Below are positions 20,045-28,864 of a DNA stretch of 64,000 nt, piece after piece. The notes under the pieces were generated by a model. It did no database searches, was not told the DNA's origin, and worked only from the letters and a program-made list of their open reading frames with translations. The stretch is from positions 1,984,001 to 2,048,000 of the forward strand of contig OZ241329.1 in the NCBI GenBank assembly GCA_965199825.1, read 5' to 3'. A program made the translations under genes and the position numbers. The first letter of the stretch is position 1, and each line of letters begins with the position of its first letter. The stretch comes from Bdellovibrionales bacterium. GTDB taxonomy: Bacteria > Bdellovibrionota > Bdellovibrionia > Bdellovibrionales > UBA1609.

Positions 20045-20099
20045 GATGTTCCCCTTAGGTACAACATCTTCTGCAAATTTGGTGCTTAAGGACTTTTGT

Positions 20100-20657
20100 C
20101 TAATTAAATTGAATGCGCGAAGCTCGGCGAATCGTTTTTGGTAAATCAGGATGCGCACTTTCTAAAACATGAATTTCAAGATTTTGGACTGTCATGGCTT
20201 CAGAAATTATAAGTTGGGCAACTTTATCCTGAACCTTAAAAAGCTCATCATTAAAATTCGCCACATTATAATCTAAACCGGTGTCATCAAGTGCGGTCGA
20301 AAAAGTAACAAATCGGGCATCTTTGCTCACTTCAATTTTAACATTTTTTTGGATTGCTCCAAAGCTCACTCGCACCAACGGTTGCGAAGCCTGAAGTTGA
20401 AGCTTTGATTGTTCATTTCGCGAATTCAGAGTGAGGGTGCAGGAATATTTAAGTGAGTGGGGTTTTCTAACAATGTGATCCGCGCAGCTTTCAAAATCGG
20501 CTGAGTTAAACGAAAATGTTTTCGAGCGCAAATCAAGAGCCTCAAAAACTCCGCCAGGAGTGTTAATGAAATAAGCTTTTGATTTTAAGGTTGCCTCTTT
20601 TAAAACAAGTGCCGAGCTCGACAGTGGAAAGAGCAAAATCAAAAGTGCGAATTTCAT
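20100..20657 (-). CDS. Secreted hypothetical protein
   Basis: AAGGA RBS; signal peptide MKFALLILLFPLSSSA. Confidence 0.7.
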   Translation of the reverse strand: MKFALLILLFPLSSSALVLKEATLKSKAYFINTPGGVFEALDLRSKTFSFNSADFESCADHIVRKPHSLKYSCTLTLNSRNEQSKLQLQASQPLVRVSFGAIQKNVKIEVSKDARFVTFSTALDDTGLDYNVANFNDELFKVQDKVAQLIISEAMTVQNLEIHVLESAHPDLPKTIRRASRIQFN

Positions 20658-20781
20658 AATTATCCTTTTATTGGAGTTCACCGGTTTAGTTGTGCAAACT
20701 CCAATGCGAGCTAGGAACAAAGCCGCTTTGATCTGGCGTGAAAAAGGGTATGTGCGGTGACAATTATTGGCAGCCGCAAGA

Positions 20782-21318
20782 TTATTTTAAAAGTTTCCCG
20801 CATTGGTCAGGAGTGAGTATCCCGAGGTTGATATTCCAATTGAGGATTCGCCGCTCGTCGTTTGTCACTGCAGTTAAAATCAGTTTGGCCATTTCTTTTT
20901 CGCGCTCAGGCTGCCCCAATTGGGCAACGTATTGTTGTGTGGCCCTTTGGAATCCTTCGGACTCAAACCACCGAATAAAATGGATATGATGATTTTTAGC
21001 CATCAAAAATTTTCGGATATCGCTGCGTTCTTGGGTGCTTGAATTAAATGTTGGTCCCCAATTCAAAGACTCAAGCTCCTCTTGACTCAGCCATTGGGCA
21101 GTAACTTTTTTGGCCCTTCGCATTGATCCGTGATGAAAGGTGTCGGCATAAAGGGCATACCCTTCAAAGCCGTAATAGCGAGAATCGATGACCCCACTTG
21201 GGAATAATCGTTCTTTTGCATTTTTGGGAAGAGCTGAAAGGACGTGATGAGTTCTATTGATTGGGATTGATATCGGAGCAGCAAAAGCGATGACTAAAAA
21301 ACTAATAAATAAAATCAT
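20782..21318 (-). CDS. Secreted protein with one copy of a ~70-aa GY..Y.D/LNWG repeat
   Basis: Signal peptide ending AFA; YYGFEGYALYADTF...LNWGPTFN; paralog of the next gene. Confidence 0.75.
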   Translation of the reverse strand: MILFISFLVIAFAAPISIPINRTHHVLSALPKNAKERLFPSGVIDSRYYGFEGYALYADTFHHGSMRRAKKVTAQWLSQEELESLNWGPTFNSSTQERSDIRKFLMAKNHHIHFIRWFESEGFQRATQQYVAQLGQPEREKEMAKLILTAVTNDERRILNWNINLGILTPDQCGKLLK

Positions 21319-21379
21319 AAACTTTGTCCTACCTAACTCGATCAGGTTTGGCTTGAGATCAAGTTGAATTCTGAAAAGG

Positions 21380-22747
21380 TTATCGTGTGCTCCTGATTGG
21401 GCTTAATATTTTTCGGCAACTCTCTGACTTTGAATCGTCCTTTAATTCAAAGGCTACCGCCTCTTGCGAAGTCATGGACGCCCGAAATTGTTTACTAAAT
21501 TTGGACATGATGGGCTGTGGAATCGGCTGGTGTATCCCAAAAAAAATATTTAAATACTGAGCAATCGTCTCGTTCAAATTAAACCTTGATTCAGTGGTCA
21601 CTCGCCACGGTGATAAAAAATCACGAATTTTTTGACGCTCCGAAGTTGTTCCGTTAAAAACGCTTCCCCAATTGAGCATCGCAAACTCTTCTTTTGAAAG
21701 CACGGCGGATATATTCAGGAAGGCCTTGGCCATATTGCCATCGTAATAATCTTCGGCATATGCGACGTAACCTTGTTGACCGCGGTATTTCGTTCTCAAT
21801 GCATATTTCAAAAATATTTGTTTGCGCTCTTTAAAAAATTTATCGGGATTTCCATGATAGGCATTGCCCCAATTGAGTAAGCCGAACTCGTTTGCAGTTA
21901 AAACCGCAGAGGCATTCATAAATGCCTTCTTCATCGACTCATTGGTAGCCGAAGGATAAATAAATTGAGTATAATTAGCATAGCCAATAGGGTCGATATA
22001 ATTAGGATTTGGTTGGTCATTGGGAAACAAAACTGATCTCTGATAGATAAAGTCTGGTGTTGCTCCATCATAAGAATGGCCCCATCCAAAAAGCTTCATT
22101 TTTTCTTTACCCAAGGCCGCCGAAACATTTTTAAAGGTCTTTAGCATCTGTTTGTCATAATAGGTGTCAGAATAATTGATGTAACCTTCGGTGCCTAAGA
22201 ACTCCGGTCGAACTTGTCCATTGCTTGCAAACAAACGCTGTTCTTCAAGTTGGTAATCGACAGTTGAGCCTATGTAACAGGATCCCCAATTGAGCTTTGC
22301 AAATTCGGCTGGGCTGAGCACACTAGCCGCATCGGCAAAAGCCAGATGCATCAGACCCACACCATTCTTTTGATAAAAAAGATCGGAATAAAGAATATAT
22401 CCTGCGGGATCTTTATAAACAGGATTTATTTCTCCATCCATCAAGAGTCGATCGCGCTGTTCAAAATAATCTTTGGTGGTTTTTCCAAATCTGTTGCCCC
22501 AGTTTAATTTTTTGAATTGAGCAAGCCCAAGTGCTTGAGACGTCTTTTTGTGGGCTTGATTCATATTTCCGAAAAATAAAAGATTGGAAACAAAAATGTA
22601 TCCGGCCACGTCGTGAATGCGGATGTCATCAAGCTTGAGAGAAGCTACAATTGTTTGCTGAGAGGGATAACGATGACTTTGAACATCTGCAAAAATTGGA
22701 AGATGCAAAAATAGAAGGCCGGCAATCAAACCAGATTTCAAATCCAC
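21380..22747 (-). CDS. Secreted protein with five ~70-aa tandem repeats
   Basis: Signal peptide; five units of GY..Y...Y...M..AF.N.SAVL...EF..LNWG. Confidence 0.8.
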   Translation of the reverse strand: MDLKSGLIAGLLFLHLPIFADVQSHRYPSQQTIVASLKLDDIRIHDVAGYIFVSNLLFFGNMNQAHKKTSQALGLAQFKKLNWGNRFGKTTKDYFEQRDRLLMDGEINPVYKDPAGYILYSDLFYQKNGVGLMHLAFADAASVLSPAEFAKLNWGSCYIGSTVDYQLEEQRLFASNGQVRPEFLGTEGYINYSDTYYDKQMLKTFKNVSAALGKEKMKLFGWGHSYDGATPDFIYQRSVLFPNDQPNPNYIDPIGYANYTQFIYPSATNESMKKAFMNASAVLTANEFGLLNWGNAYHGNPDKFFKERKQIFLKYALRTKYRGQQGYVAYAEDYYDGNMAKAFLNISAVLSKEEFAMLNWGSVFNGTTSERQKIRDFLSPWRVTTESRFNLNETIAQYLNIFFGIHQPIPQPIMSKFSKQFRASMTSQEAVAFELKDDSKSESCRKILSPIRSTR

Positions 22748-23127
22748 TCGCGATATGCCGTATGAAGGAGGCTTGGAATCATCTGGTTAAGGAATGTGAG
22801 GGAGAGGTAATATTCGGTGCTCAAATCAGAAATATTTATTGAAACCGAATGGTCTTGAAGCGCTTGGGCGGTTTGGGAAAGGTAATTTTTCAGATCGCTC
22901 TTCATTTCTAAAACTTGATGAGGTGTGAGTGGGATCGGACAAATGTAATCTGTTGTCCGGTTACTAAAATGGCATCCATCTCGTTCTACGATGTTCAAAA
23001 ATGAATTAGGTGCTTGATGGTCTCGTTTGTGTGCCTGAATCAGTGCGGGCTCAAATGAAAAACTCGAAGTCGAATGGTGAGCTTCGCAGGCAACTAAAAT
23101 AAAGCTAAATAAAATAAGTTTTCGCAT
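22738..23127 (-). CDS. Putative lipoprotein
   Basis: MRKLILFSFILVA-C lipobox. Confidence 0.7.
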   Translation of the reverse strand: MRKLILFSFILVACEAHHSTSSFSFEPALIQAHKRDHQAPNSFLNIVERDGCHFSNRTTDYICPIPLTPHQVLEMKSDLKNYLSQTAQALQDHSVSINISDLSTEYYLSLTFLNQMIPSLLHTAYREWI

Positions 23128-23139
23128 AGTTACGAACAA

Positions 23140-23156
23140 AGCAAATCTCTCGCCCA
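23140..23156 (-). promoter_or_regulatory. Possible sigma-54 promoter
   Basis: Minus strand TGGGCGAGAGATTTGCT has GG-N10-GC; it is very close to ATG 23127, so the transcript would be near-leaderless. Confidence 0.35.
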
Positions 23157-23211
23157 AATAAAGTCACTCAACTTGAAGTTTAATCTGGTTGAGTGGCGAT
23201 ATTTTGATCAC

Positions 23212-24027
23212 TCACTGTAGTCCGGTAAATCCTCGCTGAACCACATAGATGGACTGCCCAAAAAAATCTTTTTTAAATTTCAAATACGCCTGAAATCGGG
23301 GAGCGGTGGGATCCATATCTTCAAGCGCTTTGAGGCGAGTCAGAATCTCTCTTGATTTGCTGTTGAAAAAATAAAATCTTAAGCGTGCAATCTCTTCGGT
23401 GATATAAAACGGGCTCATCAACATGTCTTGATGCCGAATCATTTGCAGTAAGAGCGAGTCAAAAGTTGATTTGGTATCGGTCGTCGGTTCATCCACAATA
23501 TTTATCTTTTGCACCCCATAATCATAGATGACCTGAGCAGTAAAACTCACGGTTGAAGTTTTTAAATCCTCGTGCACATTATGAATGATAATTTTCTGAG
23601 GCATCTTGAGGTGACGGCGTTCCAGCGGAGAAATATCAGAGCTGTCAAACGGCTCTTTAAAAACGGTCCGGTGCTGATAGATGTCCCTTAAGATCGGGCT
23701 TGGTCTTTGGTAAAAATTAAAAATACTAAAATGCATTTCAGAAAGCGCTTGGGGTTTAAATGTAGTTCGAAGCAGACCTGAGACCCACTCAGGTCCTTCA
23801 TTCAAGGTGTGCTTGAGCTCTTCTTCTGAAGGGCGGGGATCTAAAAATGTAAAACAGCTGGTCGGCTTAAACGAAAACTGTTTGGCCACCTTCAAAGCTG
23901 CGATTTGAGATGGAGTTAAATCTCGAGCTCGAATCTGTGAAATCTTTTTGGTCAAACTCTCAATAGACTGAGGGCTGAGTGTCGAACAAAAGGCGGCATG
24001 AAAAAAGAGAACAGCATATATGATCAT
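23212..24027 (-). CDS. Secreted hypothetical protein
   Basis: AAGGA RBS; hydrophobic N-terminus; no recognised family. Confidence 0.65.
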   Translation of the reverse strand: MIIYAVLFFHAAFCSTLSPQSIESLTKKISQIRARDLTPSQIAALKVAKQFSFKPTSCFTFLDPRPSEEELKHTLNEGPEWVSGLLRTTFKPQALSEMHFSIFNFYQRPSPILRDIYQHRTVFKEPFDSSDISPLERRHLKMPQKIIIHNVHEDLKTSTVSFTAQVIYDYGVQKINIVDEPTTDTKSTFDSLLLQMIRHQDMLMSPFYITEEIARLRFYFFNSKSREILTRLKALEDMDPTAPRFQAYLKFKKDFFGQSIYVVQRGFTGLQ

Positions 24028-24163
24028 GGCAAATCCTTAAGCAAGATCGAGGCCCGTAAGGCGTCTTTGCGCGAATGAGTCATCTTGCTGAATCTTGGGG
24101 ATAATAAGGCGAGAAGGGGAAGCAAAGGTCCATCCATTTTGAGATGGACCTAAAAACATACAA

Positions 24164-24793
24164 TCAGGTGCTGCGAGCCGCGTAGTATTCGGTAAATAAA
24201 CCAGAATCAAAAGTAAAAGGAACATGCTCGGTGCCAGGAATTGCTTGGACCACACCAATTTCTTGGCCGCCTTTATCCTCTTTACGAAGATAATCTGGAA
24301 CTTCCATTCGAGGAGCTTGTTTGGCGCGCAAATAAATTTGGTTGCCATAACCTTTGTCGATCAAACTGACTTCGCCACCCTGTGGCACCACAAAAGAGCT
24401 GATATCAACTGTCTGTCCATTGACCTGAACATGTCCATGACTCACAAGTTGACGCGCCGAACGCATACTTGGTGCAAAGCCCAAACGAAAGATCACATTA
24501 TCAAGACGGCGCTCTAAAAGCCCCGCAAGTTTTTGAACCCAGTTAGTTCCCGCACCTTTTTTGGCGTCACGGATAAAACGACGCAATTGTTTTTCGCGCA
24601 AAGCATAGTGCTGACGGATTTTTTGTTTTTCTTCGAGTCGAAGAGCGAAATCAGAATATTTACGACGTTTATTGCCATTTTCGCCAGGGGGATAGGGGCG
24701 GCGCTCGAGAGCTCCGGCTTTACCAAGTCCAGGTATTTCCATTCCAAGGCGACGTTGAATTTTAAAACGTGCAACTTTTCCTACTCTTTTCAC
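24164..24793 (-). CDS. rpsD: 30S ribosomal protein S4 (stand-alone, no zinc cysteines)
   Basis: RRPYPPGE.G, L.EKQK.R..Y, LERRLDNVIFRLGFA and ARQLVSHGH; GAGG RBS before GTG 24793. Confidence 0.95.
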   Translation of the reverse strand: MKRVGKVARFKIQRRLGMEIPGLGKAGALERRPYPPGENGNKRRKYSDFALRLEEKQKIRQHYALREKQLRRFIRDAKKGAGTNWVQKLAGLLERRLDNVIFRLGFAPSMRSARQLVSHGHVQVNGQTVDISSFVVPQGGEVSLIDKGYGNQIYLRAKQAPRMEVPDYLRKEDKGGQEIGVVQAIPGTEHVPFTFDSGLFTEYYAARST

Positions 24794-24951
24794 AAACAAA
24801 ACCTCATGAGCTTATTATTTTGAACAATTCAAGGACCTTCGTATATCGGGGTTCGATTTAAACTTCAACGCCTTTCGCGACAAACGTCATATTTAACACC
24901 TACCCATTGATGTTTTCCTCGCATTGATTGAAGCTAGTTGTTGGAGGACGA

Positions 24952-27447
24952 ATGATGGAATGGATCGGGCTGTTTAATCAATCAAACGAAATGCACCGTG
25001 CTGCGGTGTTAGGTTGTGTTGCGGTGGTATTGATCATCGGGTACACGGGCGCACCCTTTTGGCTTTGGGCACTTTGCGCCATTGTCGCCTGTGTTGGCTT
25101 TGATGCTCCTTTAGTGCTGACTGTCGCGTTGGCGGTTGTTTCTGCGGTTTTTGTGATCACCCCAATTCGTCGAGCGCTAGTTTCGAGCTTGGTGATGAAG
25201 GCGATGAAGGCCCTCCAGCTGATTCCAAAAATCTCACAGACCGAGCGCACCGCTTTAGAAGCGGGTGTTGTGTGGTCTGAAGCTGAGCTTTTTTCGGGCA
25301 AGCCCAACTTTAAAAAGATCATGAGTCAGCCGTACACCGATCTTTCGGTTGAAGAAAAAGCATTTATGAACAACGAAGTCGAGCAACTGTGTTCGATGAT
25401 CGATGATTATGAAATGTATCGCACCAAGGAAATGTCGCCTGAGGTTTTTGATTTTATAAAGAAAAAAGGTTTTTTAGGAATGATCATTCCTAAAACTTAT
25501 GGCGGGCTTGGATTTTCACATTCGGCCCACAGCGCGGTGATCCAAAAATTATCCTCTCGCTCGGCTGCGATTGGCATCTATGTGATGGTTCCAAACTCTT
25601 TAGGACCTGCAGAACTTTTAAATCACTATGGGACCGAAGCTCAGAAGAATAAATATTTGACCCGGCTTGCACGCGGCGAAGAGGTACCTTGTTTTGGTCT
25701 GACCGAACCGATGGCAGGCTCTGATGCGGGCTCAATCACCTCTGATGGTGTGTTGTTTAAGGGCGAAGACGGCAAACTTTATATTCGACTCAACTGGAAC
25801 AAACGTTGGATCACACTTGCCGCAATTTCGACTTTGATTGGCTTAGCATTTCGTTTAAGAGATCCACAAAATCTTTTGGGCAAAGGTGAAGATCTCGGAA
25901 TCACTTGTGCTCTGATCCCAGCAAATTTACCAGGGGTGACTCTCGGTCGCCGGCATGATCCTTTGGGTGTGGCTTTTCATAATTGCCCAATGCAAGGAAA
26001 AGACGTCGTTGTAAATGCCGAAGATTGCATCATTGGCGGACTTGAAGGCGCGGGCAAGGGTTGGGAAATGTTAATGGAATGTCTTGCGGCAGGCCGCGGA
26101 ATTTCACTTCCTGCTCAAGCTGCGGGAGCAATCAAACTTGCGGTTCGGGTAACCAGCGCTCATGCAACCATCCGTAAACAATTTGGTGTTTCGATCGGAA
26201 AATTTGAAGGTGTTGAAGAGCCTTTGGCTCGCATTGCCGGTACCAATTACTTTTTAGAAGCTATGCGCAAATATGTTTTAAGTGCGCTTGATCAAGGCCT
26301 TAAACCACCCGTTGTCACAGCGATTGCTAAGTACAATGCGACCGAGCTTGCTCGTAAAGTGTTGAACGATGGTATGGATGTGATGGGTGGAGCGGGCATT
26401 TCGATGGGTCCTCGAAATACTTTGGCGATTTCATATATCGGTTTACCCATCAGTATCACGGTTGAAGGAGCAAATATTTTGACTCGAACACTGATTGTGT
26501 TTGGTCAAGGTGCGCTTCGCGCTCATCCCTTTGCATTTAAAGAAGTGAATGCGATCGAAAAAAATGATGTGGTCTCTTTTGACCAAGCATTTTGGGGTCA
26601 TATCGGCCATGTGGTTCGCAATTCATTTCGTTCGGTTGTGTTGTCTGTGACACGCGGATACTTTGCCTTTGTTCCTGGCGGGAGCGAAACACGAAGACAT
26701 TTTCAGCGCTTGGCTTGGGCTTCTGCAAGCTTTGCGATTCTTGCCGATTTAGGTATGGGACTGTTGGGCGGAAAATTAAAAATTAAAGAAAAACTGACCG
26801 GCCGTTATGCCGATGTTTTGTCTTGGATGTTTATTGCTTCTTCAACCTTGAGACGTTTTGAAGCCGAAGGTCGTCGCAAAGAAGATTTACCATTTTTAAA
26901 TTTTGCGATGCAGACCGCATTTCATAATATGCAAATTGGTTTTGACGGCATCTATAAAAATATGGATGTGCCAGTGATCGGTTTGTTTTTTAGATTTATC
27001 ATGGGGGGCTGGTCAGGAATTAATATTCTTGGTGGTGAGCCTTCCGATAAAACCACTCATGAGATCGCAAGCTTGATGCTCAAACAAAGTGATCAGCGCG
27101 AGCGATTTACCGATGGGATTTATATTTCAAAAGATCCTAACGATGGCTTGGGCCGCTTAGAGCAGGCTTTTCAAGCGGTGCATAAGGCTGAGCAAATTGA
27201 TAAAAAAATTCGCGCAGCCGTGACCGCAAAAATTTTGGCCAAGAAAAAAGGGCCACAGTTGATCGAAGATGCATTGGCTAAGGGTGTAATCACCGCGGCA
27301 GAGAAACAAACTTATCTCGATGCCGAAAAACTTCGCTACGACGCCATCTTGGTCGATGACTACACCGAAGCCGAATATGTTCATCCTCATCGCGCTCAGA
27401 CTCCACTTAAAATGGCGAGTAACGACACCACCTCCACTCGCAACTAA
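24952..27447 (+). CDS. fadE: Long-form acyl-CoA dehydrogenase FadE
   Basis: ISQTERTALEAG.VW, VPNSLGPAELL, FGLTEP.AGSDAG and PISITVEGANILTR; GGAGG RBS. Confidence 0.93.
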   Translation: MMEWIGLFNQSNEMHRAAVLGCVAVVLIIGYTGAPFWLWALCAIVACVGFDAPLVLTVALAVVSAVFVITPIRRALVSSLVMKAMKALQLIPKISQTERTALEAGVVWSEAELFSGKPNFKKIMSQPYTDLSVEEKAFMNNEVEQLCSMIDDYEMYRTKEMSPEVFDFIKKKGFLGMIIPKTYGGLGFSHSAHSAVIQKLSSRSAAIGIYVMVPNSLGPAELLNHYGTEAQKNKYLTRLARGEEVPCFGLTEPMAGSDAGSITSDGVLFKGEDGKLYIRLNWNKRWITLAAISTLIGLAFRLRDPQNLLGKGEDLGITCALIPANLPGVTLGRRHDPLGVAFHNCPMQGKDVVVNAEDCIIGGLEGAGKGWEMLMECLAAGRGISLPAQAAGAIKLAVRVTSAHATIRKQFGVSIGKFEGVEEPLARIAGTNYFLEAMRKYVLSALDQGLKPPVVTAIAKYNATELARKVLNDGMDVMGGAGISMGPRNTLAISYIGLPISITVEGANILTRTLIVFGQGALRAHPFAFKEVNAIEKNDVVSFDQAFWGHIGHVVRNSFRSVVLSVTRGYFAFVPGGSETRRHFQRLAWASASFAILADLGMGLLGGKLKIKEKLTGRYADVLSWMFIASSTLRRFEAEGRRKEDLPFLNFAMQTAFHNMQIGFDGIYKNMDVPVIGLFFRFIMGGWSGINILGGEPSDKTTHEIASLMLKQSDQRERFTDGIYISKDPNDGLGRLEQAFQAVHKAEQIDKKIRAAVTAKILAKKKGPQLIEDALAKGVITAAEKQTYLDAEKLRYDAILVDDYTEAEYVHPHRAQTPLKMASNDTTSTRN

Positions 27448-27454
27448 TCTTATT

Positions 27455-27482
27455 CCCCGTCTCGTTTGATGACGGGGGTTTT
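27455..27482 (+). terminator. Probable intrinsic terminator after fadE
   Basis: CCCCGTC-N9-GACGGGG stem followed by GTTTT. Confidence 0.65.
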
Positions 27483-27556
27483 AAACCCATGCTGTATTAG
27501 CCATTGACTAACTCGTGTTGGCGCTATGGAATTCAGATTTTCAGCATGGGGGCGCT

Positions 27557-28864
27557 ATGGTCGAAGTTCATCTACAAAATCATTCCTCAGTCATCATCAC
27601 GATAGGCTCTACAAAAATTTTGTTTGATCCTTGGTATATGGGATCATGTTTTGATGGCGGATGGGGTCTGCGTTTTAATAATGAGGATGCCTTTGAAAAT
27701 GTGAAGGCTTGTGAGTACCTCTGGATTTCTCACTTTCATCCCGATCACTACCACGTCCCCACATTAAAAAAGATTTTGGAAATTCATCCCGATATTAAAT
27801 TTATCGGCAATAGCTCTTACAACTTTCAGCTCGACAATGCGGCAAAAAGTTTGGGCTTTAAGAATGTAATTCCAATCTATGAGCGAAAACCTTTAAGGCT
27901 TTCAAATGATATTGAGATCACCCGGTTTCCTGTGACCGGGACAGACAATATGCTGCTGATTCAATCGCCAGAGGTCACCATCTTGAATTACAATGACTGC
28001 GTGCTGCCCGCGAATGCTCGCAAGGTGATTGCCAAAAAAATAGGTTCCATCGATATTTTTCTAAATAATTTTAATCATGCTGGAAAACTTTTAAAACAGT
28101 CGCTGCCCACCGATCAAAAGATGCGGCAAATGCTGCTCTCAAATTACAATCATCAATTTACTCCATTTGCCCCAAGATGGGCGATCCCATTTGCCTCGCA
28201 TCACTACTACCGCGCCCCCGAGAGCACAGAGCAAAATTCTTCGCTCATTACCCCCGATGATTTAACTGTTTTGAGCGATTCGATTATTTCGCTGAAAATT
28301 GGGCAATCGCTAGTTTTTGATCCCGCGACCAAACAAGTTTTGTTGAAGCCAGTGTCGGATAGGGTATCGCTCAATCCCGAAGAGGTTCTTGAGCGCAACA
28401 CCATCTATGACCTTGATGATCTTGAAAGTGCAGGACGAGAATATGCCCAAAAGCTGAGTCGAGGATTTCCACTTCTTCCGCGGCTTTTAAGACCGCTCAA
28501 TATTTTTATCACTGATATTGGCCAGGCGATCTCGTTTCATCCTATCAAGGGAGTTCAAAGCATTACGGCCTCTAAAGAAGAGTGTGATATCAGTGCTAAG
28601 AGTGAGGCCCTTTATCGCTGGTTTACCAAAAGATATGGAGCAGACAGTTTTATAGTTGGAGCTCATTTTACTATTCACACCAATCGCATTTCTCATATCA
28701 AATGGTACATCATCTGCATTATGCTCTTTGATAATCGTTTGGATTTGAGATCAATTCTAAAAATGTTGTTCACCTCCAAAGGAATGGCATTTTTGCTTAA
28801 CCGCAGAGAAGAAATTTTAGGCATTTTAACATCGGGCGAGATTACGCCTGAATATCAGCGCTAA
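27557..28864 (+). CDS. Metallo-beta-lactamase-fold hydrolase (UlaG/CMP-NeuAc-hydroxylase-like)
   Basis: ILFDPW..GS.F..GW, ISHFHPDHY (HxHxDH), NYNDC and IPFAS. Confidence 0.75.
   Translation: MVEVHLQNHSSVIITIGSTKILFDPWYMGSCFDGGWGLRFNNEDAFENVKACEYLWISHFHPDHYHVPTLKKILEIHPDIKFIGNSSYNFQLDNAAKSLGFKNVIPIYERKPLRLSNDIEITRFPVTGTDNMLLIQSPEVTILNYNDCVLPANARKVIAKKIGSIDIFLNNFNHAGKLLKQSLPTDQKMRQMLLSNYNHQFTPFAPRWAIPFASHHYYRAPESTEQNSSLITPDDLTVLSDSIISLKIGQSLVFDPATKQVLLKPVSDRVSLNPEEVLERNTIYDLDDLESAGREYAQKLSRGFPLLPRLLRPLNIFITDIGQAISFHPIKGVQSITASKEECDISAKSEALYRWFTKRYGADSFIVGAHFTIHTNRISHIKWYIICIMLFDNRLDLRSILKMLFTSKGMAFLLNRREEILGILTSGEITPEYQR

Noticed and set aside
24844..24870. Possible sigma-28 promoter upstream of rpsD (TGAAGTTT...CCCGATAT)
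   Set aside because: The spacer is about 2 bp shorter than the consensus
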